Source of the DNA: Atribacterota bacterium
GTDB lineage: Bacteria > Atribacterota > Phoenicimicrobiia > Phoenicimicrobiales > Stramentimicrobiaceae
DNA: 64,000 nt
Direction: 5' to 3'
NCBI GenBank assembly: GCA_040767965.1
Contig: JAXGNR010000004.1
Coordinates: 576,001 to 640,000, forward strand
A model generated the notes under the pieces. That model worked only from the letters and a program-made list of their open reading frames with translations, was not told the DNA's origin and searched no databases. Below are positions 41,840 to 53,406 of the stretch, one piece after another. A program made the position numbers and the translations under genes. Position 1 is the stretch's first letter; the number at the start of each line of letters is the position of its first letter.

Positions 41840-42418
41840 TCAGTTAATTACACTAATTTCACGTTTGTAATTTTCTCTAATATTATTTAAAAAATATATA
41901 TATTCTGGTGTCTGGTAGTTTTTATAAGTCCATCCAACTGCACAAAAAGATTTTTTTATAAAGCTTAATGTGATTTCAGCATAAATTCCATTGTTTAGAT
42001 ATATCCTTGCAGGCCCATTTTTTGTACTAGCTAATATAAATTTACTTAGAGTCAAGTATCCTGGATCAAGATTTACTTTTCTTTTAATTTCATTATTTTT
42101 TATATTTTTTAGATTGTCATTATTATTTTTTATCTCATCGAAGCTCAAAATCATTTCCATTTTATTAGTTTTATGTTTAATTCTACTTAGCAATCCTGGA
42201 GAAATAAGTTTGTTAAAAGACACTAATTTCTGCAGGAGATTACTCCCCATTTCTTTTTCGTAATAACTAGTATAATCAAATGACTGATAATCACTTTCAT
42301 TATCTATATCTCCAAATTCATCAATCAGTAAGCTTTTTGCATTTTCAAACATTATTTCTTTATTAGCTATAATGCTTATTATCAATTTGGATTTTTTTGG
42401 TTTTTCTATTTTTCCCAT
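41840..42418 (-). CDS. DUF4416 family protein
   Basis: YYEKEMG..L, RKVNLDPGYL, LASTKN, RIYL..GIYAE, WTY pattern recalled from DUF4416. Confidence 0.75.
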   Translation of the reverse strand: MGKIEKPKKSKLIISIIANKEIMFENAKSLLIDEFGDIDNESDYQSFDYTSYYEKEMGSNLLQKLVSFNKLISPGLLSRIKHKTNKMEMILSFDEIKNNNDNLKNIKNNEIKRKVNLDPGYLTLSKFILASTKNGPARIYLNNGIYAEITLSFIKKSFCAVGWTYKNYQTPEYIYFLNNIRENYKREISVIN

Positions 42419-42441
42419 TAATAAAAATTGTTCTTTCTTTT

Positions 42442-43362
42442 TTAATTTTCAGTGTTGATTGTGAATTGATATATATTTTGATTATTTGAAAATTCAGGCA
42501 CTATATTTTGATCTCGAAAGGTAACAACAACATTTTCCGGCTTATTGGTCAGTAAATCAACTGTCCCTTCTGTTTTTATAAGCAAGTCTTCGTCGGGAAA
42601 TATATAATTTTCAAATAATATTTGATTATTATGTAATATTTTAATCCAGGCAGGTTCACTGGCTTCAATAACAACTGGATCATAAGAAGGAACCGGTTCG
42701 AGCTCATTAATAGGATAGACATTTTCAAGTACAGTATCGTTCTGAGCAAGAGTGCTATTTTCAGTAATTTGAATTGTTTCATTTTTCAGGTTTTGGTTTG
42801 CAATATTGGTATCACTATTTTTTTCTAAAGTAAAAGTACCCTCTGTTGGCTGCAAAGAAAGAGTTGGCTGTTTAGTCCGGTCAATAAATTGCTTAGCAAA
42901 AAAGACAATTAAAAAAACCACAAATAAAATAAAAATAATTTTCATTAATGGTAAGAAATTAATATTATTTGTTTTTCTTGTTCGATGTTTTTTCCTACTA
43001 GAAGAATAATATTTATTCTTTCTACTTATATCACTTATTTTTTGAACATTTTCTGAGGGTTGCTCTTTTGCTGTATATTGATCGCTCAGATTCTGCTTTA
43101 TTTCAAGATTATTATCTTTATCTTCAACAATTCCTCCTGATGATTCTAGCAGCTGGCTGATTTTATCTTGGCTTATTTCTAAATAACTGGCATAATTCCT
43201 TAAATACCCTAAAAAATATGTTTTGCCTGGTAATTCATTTTCGTTACCCTCCTCAATGGCAACTAAATATTTTTTTCTTATTTTAAGATGCTGTTCTATT
43301 TCTTCTAAGGGTATACCCAATTCAATTCTTCTATTTTTTAAATACTCTCCAATTTTATTCAT
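42442..43362 (-). CDS. RodZ/YmfM-like protein (HTH + TM + DUF4115-like domain)
   Basis: IGEYLKNRR..KIRKKYLVAIEEG..LPG..Y..GYLRNYA HTH, single TM, C-terminal EPAWIKI; downstream of ftsK. Confidence 0.85.
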   Translation of the reverse strand: MNKIGEYLKNRRIELGIPLEEIEQHLKIRKKYLVAIEEGNENELPGKTYFLGYLRNYASYLEISQDKISQLLESSGGIVEDKDNNLEIKQNLSDQYTAKEQPSENVQKISDISRKNKYYSSSRKKHRTRKTNNINFLPLMKIIFILFVVFLIVFFAKQFIDRTKQPTLSLQPTEGTFTLEKNSDTNIANQNLKNETIQITENSTLAQNDTVLENVYPINELEPVPSYDPVVIEASEPAWIKILHNNQILFENYIFPDEDLLIKTEGTVDLLTNKPENVVVTFRDQNIVPEFSNNQNIYQFTINTEN

Positions 43363-43456
43363 ATCGAAATGCGCTCCTGAAAGCTTAATCTAAAATAAAT
43401 AATATTATAATAATACTATCATGTTTTCATTTCAAATAAAACCAATAGAATTGCTT

Positions 43457-45679
43457 TTATTCAGGGGAACTGTTATTTTTTGAAAAATATTCATTTTTTG
43501 ATAGGAGTATCTTCCTGGGATTTCTACCATCATATGGGCCAACAATACCTTTATCTTCCATCATATCAATAAGTCTTGCTGCTCTGGTATAACCAATTCT
43601 TAATTTTCTTTGTAAAATTGAAATAGAGGCCTGATTATTATTTATAATAGTATCAACTGCGTCTTCGAATAATTCATCCTCTTCCTCAGCGCTAACTTCA
43701 TTATCTTTTTCATGAATATCCCTTTGTTCCAGGATTGTTTCATTGAAATCTGGGGCAGGCCCGTTGTTAATCAAAAAAGAAACAATATTTTTTATTTCTT
43801 TTTCAGCAACATAAGCCCCTTGAGCCCTAATCGGTTTTGAAGAATTTATTGGTGAAAAAAGCATATCGCCATTTCCCAAAAGTTTTTCAGCGCCATTAAC
43901 ATCCAGGATAGTTCTTGAATCAACCTGCGTAGATACGGCAAAAGCTATACGGGAAGGAAAATTAACTTTTATTGAGCCAGTAATAATGTCAACTGAAGGT
44001 CTCTGGGTGGCTATAATCAAATGTATGCCTGTAGCTCTAGTCATTTGCGCTAACCTGCAGAGTGATTCTTCGACTTTGACTGGCGAGGTAAGCATTAAAT
44101 CGGCTAATTCATCTATAATTATTACAATATAAGGTAACATTATTTTGTCGTCTTTTACATTTTTTATATATTCATGGTAGCCTTTTAAATTCCGAACACC
44201 TACTTCTGCAAATATTTTAAATCTTTTCTCCATTTCAGATATAGCCCAGCTTAAAACTTTATCAACTTTCTTGGGGTTAGTGATAATGGGGAATATTAAA
44301 TGTGGAATACCATTATATACATTTAATTCAACTCTTTTAGGATCGACCATCACAAATTTTATCATATCCGGACCAAATCTGTATAACAAACTTAGTATAA
44401 TTGAATTAACACAAACGCTTTTTCCGGAACCTGTGGATCCAGCTATAAGCAAATGAGGTAAATCAATCAAATCTGTTATAATGTTTTTTCCGCCAATATC
44501 TTTACCTAAGGCAATGGGAAGTATATTGGAGTTGCTTTGGTATTCAGATGATTCAACTATTTCTCTTAAAAAAACCGTATCTTTTTCTTTGTTTGGAACT
44601 TCAATTCCAATAGCATTTTTGCCTGGGATCGGAGCTTCAATTCTTACTGATGCAACTGCAAAGGCTAAAGCAATATCGTTGCTGAGATTTGTTATCTTTG
44701 ATACTTTAACGCCTGGAGCAGGTTGAATTTCATATCTGGTAACAGTGGGCCCCTGAGTAGCTCCGATAACTTTACCCTGGATACCGAAATTATCTAAAGT
44801 TTCTTGCAATAATACAATATTATTTTTTACAAGTTCATGATTTTTAGCTTTATATTCTTTTTCTACATTTTTTAATAAATCCAAAGGTGGTTTTAAATAT
44901 ACGCTATTATCAATGTTGTTGATGCTTGAAGAACTAGTTTTTTTAGTGAAATTTATTTTCTCCTGGGTTGCTTTTTGTGTTGGCCTGGTTTCCTTTTCTA
45001 CAGAAGCTTTTTTAAAAACCGGTACAGATTTTTTTTGATTAATTCTTTGTTCCTCAGAATAAATTGTAATATTTTCAGAACTGGCCTTCTTTTCTTTTTT
45101 AAATTTACTTTCAGTTATTTTCATTGTTCTTGTTTTAATGTTTAAAATGATATTTCTTATAATTTTTATCCCCTTATTAAGAAACAGGTAAATTATATAG
45201 AAAAAAGAAACATCTGTAATAAAAAGTATAGATATGAGACCAAGGGCTGTTAGAAAAAGATACGCTCCTGTTAAACCAAAATAATTATACAAATACAAAC
45301 TAGAAAAATATCCATATAAACCACCTCCAGCACCTTCTTTTGCCAGCAGGTAGGAATTATCTATAAACAATAATTTTAGATGGATTAAAGTTAATACTAT
45401 TAATAGCAGGGCTGAAATTCCAATTATTTTATTATAATAATTGGACATCTTGTAATTAGTTAAAAGTAGAATACCTTCAGTAAGGAGAAATAGAAAAACT
45501 AAATATTTTCCAAGTCCAATTGATTGGTTGAATAAACTTATTAGTGAAGATAAAAAAATACTATTATCATTCGGGGCAAATAATATAAATAAATAATATA
45601 AAGAAATAATAATTACTATTATTCCAGATATTTTCTTTTTAATTAAATAATTTTTATTTTCTTTTTTTATCATTTTCAC
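43457..45679 (-). CDS. ftsK: DNA translocase FtsK/SpoIIIE
   Basis: N-terminal TMs, PHLLIAGSTGSGKS, IDELADLM, ATQRPS, gamma domain LQRKLRIGYTRAARLID. Confidence 0.96.
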   Translation of the reverse strand: MKMIKKENKNYLIKKKISGIIVIIISLYYLFILFAPNDNSIFLSSLISLFNQSIGLGKYLVFLFLLTEGILLLTNYKMSNYYNKIIGISALLLIVLTLIHLKLLFIDNSYLLAKEGAGGGLYGYFSSLYLYNYFGLTGAYLFLTALGLISILFITDVSFFYIIYLFLNKGIKIIRNIILNIKTRTMKITESKFKKEKKASSENITIYSEEQRINQKKSVPVFKKASVEKETRPTQKATQEKINFTKKTSSSSINNIDNSVYLKPPLDLLKNVEKEYKAKNHELVKNNIVLLQETLDNFGIQGKVIGATQGPTVTRYEIQPAPGVKVSKITNLSNDIALAFAVASVRIEAPIPGKNAIGIEVPNKEKDTVFLREIVESSEYQSNSNILPIALGKDIGGKNIITDLIDLPHLLIAGSTGSGKSVCVNSIILSLLYRFGPDMIKFVMVDPKRVELNVYNGIPHLIFPIITNPKKVDKVLSWAISEMEKRFKIFAEVGVRNLKGYHEYIKNVKDDKIMLPYIVIIIDELADLMLTSPVKVEESLCRLAQMTRATGIHLIIATQRPSVDIITGSIKVNFPSRIAFAVSTQVDSRTILDVNGAEKLLGNGDMLFSPINSSKPIRAQGAYVAEKEIKNIVSFLINNGPAPDFNETILEQRDIHEKDNEVSAEEEDELFEDAVDTIINNNQASISILQRKLRIGYTRAARLIDMMEDKGIVGPYDGRNPRKILLSKNEYFSKNNSSPE

Positions 45680-45691
45680 TAAAATATAGTT

Positions 45692-46519
45692 CTATAGATT
45701 TGCATTGTAATTATATATAATAACCGCCAAACCGATAAACCACAAATAGAAACTAAAATATTTTAATTTAAAGTTAACTAACATTTTTATAAAAAAGTTC
45801 ATTGCCCAATAGCCTGTTAAAAAGGTAATTATTCCAGCGAATATTAAATATACAAGATTAATATCAATACGGGATATTTCTTTCATTTCAAATAAAGTAG
45901 CTCCCAATATAATTGGGACAGATAAAATAAAAGAATATTTCGCAGCAAATTTCCTATCTAATTTTCTAGTTAGTGACATCATAATAGTGAAACCGGATCT
46001 GGATAATCCTGGAACAATCGCCAGGGCTTGAGCAAGCCCAATTAAAATGGCATCAGCTATTGTAATATCTTTTAATTGTTTATTACCCTGTCTCGTACCT
46101 GTGTCAGTAAAAAACAAACACAAACCAGTAATTAGAAGCATGAGTGCAGTAATAATGGGACTACTAAATATTTGTTTGAAAAAATCTTGTAAGAAATAAC
46201 CAAAAAAGGCACCTGGCACAGTACTTATAATAAGCAGATATGCGAATTTACTTTGATAATCTGTTTTAATAAAATTTATAAATATTTTAGGGTGAAGTAT
46301 ATATTTTAAGCTTTTTATGAAAGAAATTATTATTTCTGCTATATCTTTTTTAAACAGGAACAATACTGCTAGTGTTGTTACAAAATGTAAAAAAGTTTCA
46401 AAGGCTACTCCTGGCATTTCTAGTTTCAATAAATATTTTCCTAAGACTAGATGCCCGGAACTACTTATGGGAAGAAATTCTGTTAAACCCTGGATCAGGC
46501 CTAAAATAACATAATACAT
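45692..46519 (-). CDS. uppP: Undecaprenyl-diphosphatase UppP/BacA
   Basis: QGLTEFLPISSSGH, PGLSRSG, multi-TM. Confidence 0.95.
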   Translation of the reverse strand: MYYVILGLIQGLTEFLPISSSGHLVLGKYLLKLEMPGVAFETFLHFVTTLAVLFLFKKDIAEIIISFIKSLKYILHPKIFINFIKTDYQSKFAYLLIISTVPGAFFGYFLQDFFKQIFSSPIITALMLLITGLCLFFTDTGTRQGNKQLKDITIADAILIGLAQALAIVPGLSRSGFTIMMSLTRKLDRKFAAKYSFILSVPIILGATLFEMKEISRIDINLVYLIFAGIITFLTGYWAMNFFIKMLVNFKLKYFSFYLWFIGLAVIIYNYNANL

Positions 46520-46575
46520 TTAAATCCTTACTATTTAATTCAAGTTTTGGTTATAATGGTCGTCTAGTCCAATGA

Positions 46576-47055
46576 CTACTTCTCTGGCAGTGATTTTATT
46601 CCAGTATGACCAAAACCTCCTTCACCTCTTTTGGTTTGGTCTAATTGGTTAGTTTCTTTTAAAACCGGGTAGACAACTTTTTGAAAAACCATTTGAGCAA
46701 TCCTGTCTCCTCGATTAATAAAAAAATCTTTTTTACCATGATTAATAAGTATTATTTTTATTTCACCTCTATAATCAGAATCTATAGTGCCTGGAGAATT
46801 AAGAACTGTAATGCCATTATGATAAGCCAGTCCGCTTCTAGGTCTTATTTGGGCTTCATATCCAACAGGTAGAGATATTTTTATGCCTGTGGATATTAAT
46901 TTTATATCACCACTATTGAGTACAACTGTTTCCTTTTCTGCAGAATACAAATCTATACCGGATGCGAATTTACTTGCCAATCTTGGGATTGGCAAGTCTA
47001 AGCAATCTTTATCTTTTTCAATTTTTACTACTATTTTATCTAGATCCATATTCAT
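46576..47055 (-). CDS. dut: dUTP diphosphatase
   Basis: [36 protein letters not shown]. Confidence 0.96.
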   Translation of the reverse strand: MNMDLDKIVVKIEKDKDCLDLPIPRLASKFASGIDLYSAEKETVVLNSGDIKLISTGIKISLPVGYEAQIRPRSGLAYHNGITVLNSPGTIDSDYRGEIKIILINHGKKDFFINRGDRIAQMVFQKVVYPVLKETNQLDQTKRGEGGFGHTGIKSLPEK

Positions 47056-47060
47056 ATTAT

Positions 47061-49256
47061 CTATTTATCGTAATTCCTTTTATTAGGTCTTCTATTTTGC
47101 GATCCATCAACATTTGCATTTCTATCAGGTCTAGGAGTTAATTCCTTTTTACTCAGATCTATTTTACCTTGTTGGTCTATTCCAATAACTTTTACCGGGA
47201 ATTCATCGTCTAATTTAATAATGTCTTCAACTTTATCAACACGATAGTGGCATAAATTTGAAATATGTAAAAGTCCTTCAACCCCAGGAAGGATTTCTAC
47301 AAAAGCTCCATACTTAGTTATTCTTTTTACTTTACCATTATAGATTTCGCCAGTCTTAACTTCCCGTACTAATCCTTCTATTAAGTTTTTTGCTTTTTCA
47401 ATTTTATCGGTTGTATCAGCAGTTATAAATATTTCACCATTATCCTTTATATCAATTTCAGTGCAACTCTCTTCAATGATTTTTTTAATATTACGGCCGC
47501 TTGGCCCAATGATGCTGCCAATTTTATCAACATTTACCTTCATGATAAACATTTTTGGCACATAATGGGAAAGCTCTTCTTTAGGCTTATCAATTGTTGA
47601 GTTCATTTTTTCCAGTATAAACATTCTTCCAATTTTGGATTTTTCTAGAATATCCCGAATCACATTTATGGAAATTCCATCAATTTTTAAATCCATTTGG
47701 ATGGCCGTCAGACCATCAACAGTACCAGCTGCTTTGAAATCCATGTCACCATAGTGATCTTCTAGCCCCATTATATCAGTTAATATTTTATACTGTTCCC
47801 CTTCTTTCACCAGGCCGAGGGCTATTCCTGCTACAGGCTTAGTAATAGGCACTCCTGCATCCATTAAAGAAAGACTTGTTCCGCAAACAGTAGCCATTGA
47901 AGAAGAACCATTTGATTCCAGCACTTCAGAAACTACACGTATTGTATACGGAAAGTCTGATTCGTTCGGAATTACTGCCCTGATAGCTTTTTCTGCCAGA
48001 GCTCCATGTCCAATCTCTCTCCTTGATTGAGATCTTCTGGGCTTAACATCTCCTACTGAGAATGGTGGAAAATTATAATGCAAATAAAATTTACGTGAAG
48101 TATCTTCTTCCAAAGTGTCTATAGATTGTTGGTCTCGAACAGAACCCAAAGTAGTAATTACCAGGGCTTGAGTCTGTCCTCTTGTAAACAAAGCACTGCC
48201 ATGAACTCTTGGTAAGATACTTATTTCACTTTCAATATTTCTAATTTCATCTACACTTCGATGGTCTAATCTTATTCCTTTATCCAGGATAAGTTTTCTA
48301 ATTATATTTTTACATAAAAGGTCATATGCTTCTTTAAATAAAAAGCCGCTAAAGTTGTCTTCTTCATTGACTTCATTGACCTCTTTGAATTTAATTACAA
48401 TATCATTAAATAAAATATCTAATTCTTTTTCTCTTTCTTTCTTATCAAAAACAAGCAGGGCTTTTTCAATGTCATTAAAATGTTTTTCTTCTAAATATTT
48501 GTAGTAACCTTCTTTGTTTTGCAGAGCTTCTTTATTTTCCATCCAAGCTGTTTTTGAAGGTTGTTGGTTATTCAGTTCTTCAGAGAATTTTATTTGAGCA
48601 TCAACTATAATGTTAATTTCTTTTTGGGCTATTTCAAGGGCATTTAAAACAAGTTCTTCAGGGAGTTCTTTGACTTCTCCTTCAATCATTATAACCGAGT
48701 CTTTTGTACCAGCAATAATTAAATTCAATTGACAGTTTTTTAAAATGTCAACAGTGGGATTTAAAATATATTCTCCATCAAGATAACCTATTCTCACTGC
48801 TGCGACAGGTTTATTGAAAGGAATATCTGAAACATATAAAGCACATGAAGCTCCAATTATTGCCAGAGTATCAGGAAGATTTGTTTGATCATATGATAAA
48901 ACAGAGGCTATAATTTGAACATCATTATAATATCCTTCAGGGAATAAAGGTCTTAATGGTCGATCTATAAGTCTGGAGGTTAATATAGCATTATCGCTAG
49001 GTTTACCTTCCCTTTTGAAAAAACCGCCTGGTATTTTACCGGCAGCGTAAAACTTTTCTTCATAATCAACCAATAAAGGGAAAAAATCTATCCCTTCTCT
49101 TGGTTCTTTTGAGGCAACAGCCGTTACCAGCAAAACCGTTTCACCACAGGTGATTAATATTGATCCATTAGCCTGTTTTGCTAATTTGCCGGTTTCTATT
49201 TTTATAGAGTTGTTACCAATATTAAATTCAAAATTTCTAGAAACAGAATTGGTCAT
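47061..49256 (-). CDS. pnp: Polyribonucleotide nucleotidyltransferase
   Basis: [40 protein letters not shown] and S1 domains. Confidence 0.97.
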   Translation of the reverse strand: MTNSVSRNFEFNIGNNSIKIETGKLAKQANGSILITCGETVLLVTAVASKEPREGIDFFPLLVDYEEKFYAAGKIPGGFFKREGKPSDNAILTSRLIDRPLRPLFPEGYYNDVQIIASVLSYDQTNLPDTLAIIGASCALYVSDIPFNKPVAAVRIGYLDGEYILNPTVDILKNCQLNLIIAGTKDSVIMIEGEVKELPEELVLNALEIAQKEINIIVDAQIKFSEELNNQQPSKTAWMENKEALQNKEGYYKYLEEKHFNDIEKALLVFDKKEREKELDILFNDIVIKFKEVNEVNEEDNFSGFLFKEAYDLLCKNIIRKLILDKGIRLDHRSVDEIRNIESEISILPRVHGSALFTRGQTQALVITTLGSVRDQQSIDTLEEDTSRKFYLHYNFPPFSVGDVKPRRSQSRREIGHGALAEKAIRAVIPNESDFPYTIRVVSEVLESNGSSSMATVCGTSLSLMDAGVPITKPVAGIALGLVKEGEQYKILTDIMGLEDHYGDMDFKAAGTVDGLTAIQMDLKIDGISINVIRDILEKSKIGRMFILEKMNSTIDKPKEELSHYVPKMFIMKVNVDKIGSIIGPSGRNIKKIIEESCTEIDIKDNGEIFITADTTDKIEKAKNLIEGLVREVKTGEIYNGKVKRITKYGAFVEILPGVEGLLHISNLCHYRVDKVEDIIKLDDEFPVKVIGIDQQGKIDLSKKELTPRPDRNANVDGSQNRRPNKRNYDK

Positions 49257-49318
49257 TTATTTATTTTCTCCTTAATTCCATACAAGAAAGAAAGTAAAAA
49301 GCATTATACTTTTTAAAT

Positions 49319-49585
49319 TTACTTTCTTAAATTTAATTGTTCAATTAATTTTCTATATTTTTCAATATCATGGTCTTTCAGATAATTCAATAGGCTTCTT
49401 CTTTTTCCAACCATTCTAAGAAGACCATGTTTAGAATGAGAATCTTTTTTATTTTTTATCAGGTGTTCAGTTAAGTGATTTATCTGTTCAGTTAAAATAG
49501 CTACCTGAACTTCAGTTGAACCAGTATCTTTTTCATGATGCTGATAATTTCTGATTATTCCGTCTTTAATATCTTTTTTAATCAT
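49319..49585 (-). CDS. rpsO: 30S ribosomal protein S15
   Basis: [35 protein letters not shown]. Confidence 0.96.
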   Translation of the reverse strand: MIKKDIKDGIIRNYQHHEKDTGSTEVQVAILTEQINHLTEHLIKNKKDSHSKHGLLRMVGKRRSLLNYLKDHDIEKYRKLIEQLNLRK

Positions 49586-49740
49586 TGCAATACACACTCT
49601 CTTTCTTATAGTAAATTATTATAAAAAAATAGGTTAAAACAAATTATAGTGAAATATTTTTAGATTACTCAAAAATATATTATACCATAACAAGCATATT
49701 CACACAAATATAATTTTACATCAGGATACTCTTATAGGTC

Positions 49741-50694
49741 TTATACGTTGTTAAAGTATTTTTCTGCAACAATTATATCTTTAATTATTTGTTTCTTTAA
49801 ACTATCAATATTTACAAATTTTATTTCATTCCTTATTCTTTTTAAAATAGCCAAGGTAATATTTTGTCCATAAATATTTTTATTGAAATTGAGAATAAAA
49901 GTTTCTATAGACATATTATCATTTGTTTTTTTGAAAGTAGGAACAAAACCAATATTGGTGATTCCTTTGTATATTGAATTTTCAATTTTGATCCGTGAAA
50001 TATAGATACCATTTTTAGGCAGTAATTTTCCCTTATTTGCTTTTATATTTGCAGTAGGGATAGACAGTATAGCATTTCCCCTATTGTCTCCGGATATAAC
50101 CTTTCCAGTTATTTTATAATTATATCCCAATAATTCATTGGCTTTTTCTATTTGTCCTTTATTAATATAATCTTTAATTATTGTAGCACTAATATCTTCA
50201 TTCTCATTTATTGTTGTTGCCGGTAGAATGTATGGAATATAATTATATTTGCTACTAAGATTTTTAATTAAAGTCGTATCCCCTGTTTTATTATAACCAA
50301 AATGGTAATTATAGCCAACAAAAACTGCCCTCATATTGTACTTCTCTATAAGTATTTCTTTTAGAAATTCTTCAGGAGTGCATTTTTGAAATTTTTCATC
50401 AAATTTTATGATTACAATTTTATCAATTCCTATCTTTTTAATTTTTTCTACTTTTTCTTCCAATGGGGTCAATAGGAAAAAATTATTTAATTTATTGATA
50501 ATTATTTCTGGATGAGGCTCAAAAATAACAGCAGTACTAATAGCCTTTGCTTTTAATGATTCACTAACGCATAAATTTAATAATGATTGATGTCCTAAAT
50601 GAACTCCATCAAAAAAACCCAGAGCTATATAACTGATCTTTTTGTTCTGAGTAAAATCATATAAAGGATTTAATATTTCTTTAATTATTGCCAT
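49741..50694 (-). CDS. ribF: Bifunctional riboflavin kinase/FAD synthetase
   Basis: LGFFDGVHLGHQ, PTAN, NIGFVPT, IETFIL. Confidence 0.95.
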   Translation of the reverse strand: MAIIKEILNPLYDFTQNKKISYIALGFFDGVHLGHQSLLNLCVSESLKAKAISTAVIFEPHPEIIINKLNNFFLLTPLEEKVEKIKKIGIDKIVIIKFDEKFQKCTPEEFLKEILIEKYNMRAVFVGYNYHFGYNKTGDTTLIKNLSSKYNYIPYILPATTINENEDISATIIKDYINKGQIEKANELLGYNYKITGKVISGDNRGNAILSIPTANIKANKGKLLPKNGIYISRIKIENSIYKGITNIGFVPTFKKTNDNMSIETFILNFNKNIYGQNITLAILKRIRNEIKFVNIDSLKKQIIKDIIVAEKYFNNV

Positions 50695-51637
50695 GGAAAG
50701 TTTTTTCTATCTTAAAAGTATTTGTATTTTTTTGTTGCTGTTCATTTTTTAAAATATGCGCAATTGCCAAAAAATCTCCATCATTTGAATAGACAGAGAA
50801 TTTATCAGGAAAATCTTCTAAGTTATTATTTTTTATTATAGTGATATCGTTAATTGTTATATTTCTGCCATTTAGAACTCTTTTAATCAAATTATCATCA
50901 TTTTTCAAGATTATTTTATTTAAAAAATAAAGAGACCGATCAATGCCTGATATAAAAGCATTTTGATGATTTCTGGATAGGCTTAAAAAATAAGATAATT
51001 CTATCGATTGTTCCAGGCTGTAATTTCCTATCTTTGTTCTAATTAATTTTGAAACATAGGCACCACAACCAAGATTATTCCCTATGTCATGACACAATGA
51101 TCTTATATATGTGCCTTTTGAACATTGCACTTTAAATTTTACCTCTGCATATGGTGGCTTTTTTACATCCAGCATAGATAAATTGTAAATTTTTACTTTT
51201 CTAGGTTTTCTCTCTATAAAAATACCTTTTCTTGCAAGTTGATATAGTCTTAATCCATTTTGTTTAATTGCAGAAAACATAGGAGGTTTCTGGAATATTT
51301 CTCCTTGGTATTCTGAAAAAACTTTTTCTATATCTGATCTTTTTATAATAATGCTTTGATCTTTTCGTATTTTGAGGATTTTTCCTTCCAGGTCGTATGT
51401 ATCAGTATCTATACCCAAAACCATGCTTCCAGCGTATTCTTTTTTTAATGCAGTGAGATATTGTGTTATTTTAGTTGCTTTGCCAAGACCAATTAAAAGA
51501 ACGCCTGTTGCGAAAGGATCTAAGGTTCCAGCATGACCAACTTTATCAATTTTTAAAGATTTTTTTATTTGAGATACAACCTGGGCTGATGTTATTCCAG
51601 CAGGTTTGTTTATATTAAGAATTCCGTTAATCATCAT
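50681..51637 (-). CDS. truB: tRNA pseudouridine(55) synthase
   Basis: KVGHAGTLDPFATGVL, PPMFSAIK, CSKGTYIRSL. Confidence 0.96.
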   Translation of the reverse strand: MMINGILNINKPAGITSAQVVSQIKKSLKIDKVGHAGTLDPFATGVLLIGLGKATKITQYLTALKKEYAGSMVLGIDTDTYDLEGKILKIRKDQSIIIKRSDIEKVFSEYQGEIFQKPPMFSAIKQNGLRLYQLARKGIFIERKPRKVKIYNLSMLDVKKPPYAEVKFKVQCSKGTYIRSLCHDIGNNLGCGAYVSKLIRTKIGNYSLEQSIELSYFLSLSRNHQNAFISGIDRSLYFLNKIILKNDDNLIKRVLNGRNITINDITIIKNNNLEDFPDKFSVYSNDGDFLAIAHILKNEQQQKNTNTFKIEKTFHGNN

Positions 51638-51684
51638 AATTGTATTTGTTATCTTTGGCTCTTAAAATATTCATATATTGAAAT

Positions 51685-52692
51685 TTAAAAAATATTTTCT
51701 TGCTGCAGCTTTTTTAAAACGTTTTCAATTACATCTGATAAAATACCATTAATTTGACAGCCAGCAGCATTTGGATGTCCGCCGCCTCCAAATTTACGAG
51801 CAAAATAATCGACATTATAGCTACCTTTTGAACGGAAACTTATTTTAATGCTATTATCGGGAGTTTCTCTAAAGAAAACAGCAATTTGAATACCCTTTAC
51901 AGATAATATTTTATCGACTATTCCTTCAACATCTTCATCATTTGCATTCGCATCTGCCAGCATATCCCTTGTAATTGCAGTCCAGGAAATATTTCCTGTT
52001 GAATCAATTTTTAAATTACTCAAAGCGGTTCCAAGTATTTTTAAGCTTGATAGTTTTGCATTTTTATATATATTGTTTGCAATTTCATCTGGAACGGCAC
52101 CACTGGTAACCAGTTTTGCTGCAACATTAAATGTTTTTGCACTGGTGTTGCTGTATCTGAATGAGCCGGTGTCAGTAGTAATAGCAGTATAGATCGGGAT
52201 AGTAATATCTTCATGGATATTACTATCCATCTTTTGGGCTAAATTAAATATTATTTCCCCTACAGAAGAAGCTTTAGGCTGAACAAAGTTAAAATCGCCA
52301 AAATAGCTATTACTGGAGTGATGGTCGATATTAACAATGTGCAAAAAATTGGAAATATCAAGAAAGATATTTCCAATTCTGTCTAAATTACTTGAATCAA
52401 GTACAATCAAAACAGGTTTGAAATTATTTTTACCTGTAACTGCATTATTAATATAGCTGAAACTTGTTTCGCTGGCACAAATTATTTTGTCCGTATTTGG
52501 TAAAAATCTATATATTTCTGGCAATTGATCTTGATTAATAATTAAAACATCTTTTTTTAGCTGTTTCAAAATAGAATAAAGAGCTAATTCAGATCCAATG
52601 GCATCACCATCGAGATGAACATGTGAAGATATAACAAAATTATTATGTTTTTTAAATAAATCTATTATTTCCTGCTTTTTATTGTTTTTCAT
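51685..52692 (-). CDS. nrnA: DHH/DHHA1 bifunctional oligoribonuclease/pAp phosphatase NrnA
   Basis: DGDAIGS, NIDHH, TDTGSF, GGGGHPNAAG. Confidence 0.9.
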   Translation of the reverse strand: MKNNKKQEIIDLFKKHNNFVISSHVHLDGDAIGSELALYSILKQLKKDVLIINQDQLPEIYRFLPNTDKIICASETSFSYINNAVTGKNNFKPVLIVLDSSNLDRIGNIFLDISNFLHIVNIDHHSSNSYFGDFNFVQPKASSVGEIIFNLAQKMDSNIHEDITIPIYTAITTDTGSFRYSNTSAKTFNVAAKLVTSGAVPDEIANNIYKNAKLSSLKILGTALSNLKIDSTGNISWTAITRDMLADANANDEDVEGIVDKILSVKGIQIAVFFRETPDNSIKISFRSKGSYNVDYFARKFGGGGHPNAAGCQINGILSDVIENVLKKLQQENIF

Positions 52693-53060
52693 TAACCTTC
52701 TTGTTCTTTTCTTTCATTTTCCAGGCTATAGACCTTATCCATTAATTGATATACTTTTGCTAAATCTTGGTCATAATAAAAGGCAATATTTGGTATAGAC
52801 CTGTAATTTTTAAGGCTAGCAGCTAATTCTGATCTGACAAAATTAGTTGCACTTGAAAGACCTTTCATGCTTTTTTGCTGTTCTTCTTTGGTTCCCAGAA
52901 CCGAAATATATACTTTCGCATTGTGGAGATCATCAGATAAGTTTATTCTGGTGATTGTAACAAACCCGATTCTAGGATCTTTTACCTTATTATGAATTAT
53001 ATGGCTAATATTTCTTTTGAGTAATTTTTCAAAATGTTTCTTTTTTTGTTCCATAACCAT
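52692..53060 (-). CDS. rbfA: Ribosome-binding factor A
   Basis: VKDPRIGFVTIT, DLHNAKVYIS, position after infB. Confidence 0.93.
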   Translation of the reverse strand: MVMEQKKKHFEKLLKRNISHIIHNKVKDPRIGFVTITRINLSDDLHNAKVYISVLGTKEEQQKSMKGLSSATNFVRSELAASLKNYRSIPNIAFYYDQDLAKVYQLMDKVYSLENERKEQEG

Positions 53061-53116
53061 TTTATGTTCCTCTAAAATTATATTATATATTGCATTATTA
53101 ATATGTATTAGGCAGA

Positions 53117-53398
53117 TCAGATAATAGAAATATGGTAATCAATTAACTCTATATTGTTAATTAATTCAATTCCTTTTATAATATTTTGTAATATCTTGTC
53201 TATTTGACGGTTGTTATCGCTGACTATACTTATTGCCAGGATGCACTTTTTCCACGAGTTTTTATTTCCAATTTCGGAAATAGATATATTGTATTTTTTT
53301 CTTAGAACATTTATTGTTTTTTTTAAAATACTTCGTTTATCTTTTAGAGAATGGCAATCAGGCAAATATATATTTAGTTCACATATTCCTATTATCAT
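53117..53398 (-). CDS. ylxP: DUF503 (YlxP) family protein
   Basis: CHSLKDKRS, YNISISE; canonical position between infB and rbfA. Confidence 0.88.
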   Translation of the reverse strand: MIIGICELNIYLPDCHSLKDKRSILKKTINVLRKKYNISISEIGNKNSWKKCILAISIVSDNNRQIDKILQNIIKGIELINNIELIDYHISII

Positions 53399-53406
53399 TT
53401 TTAAAA

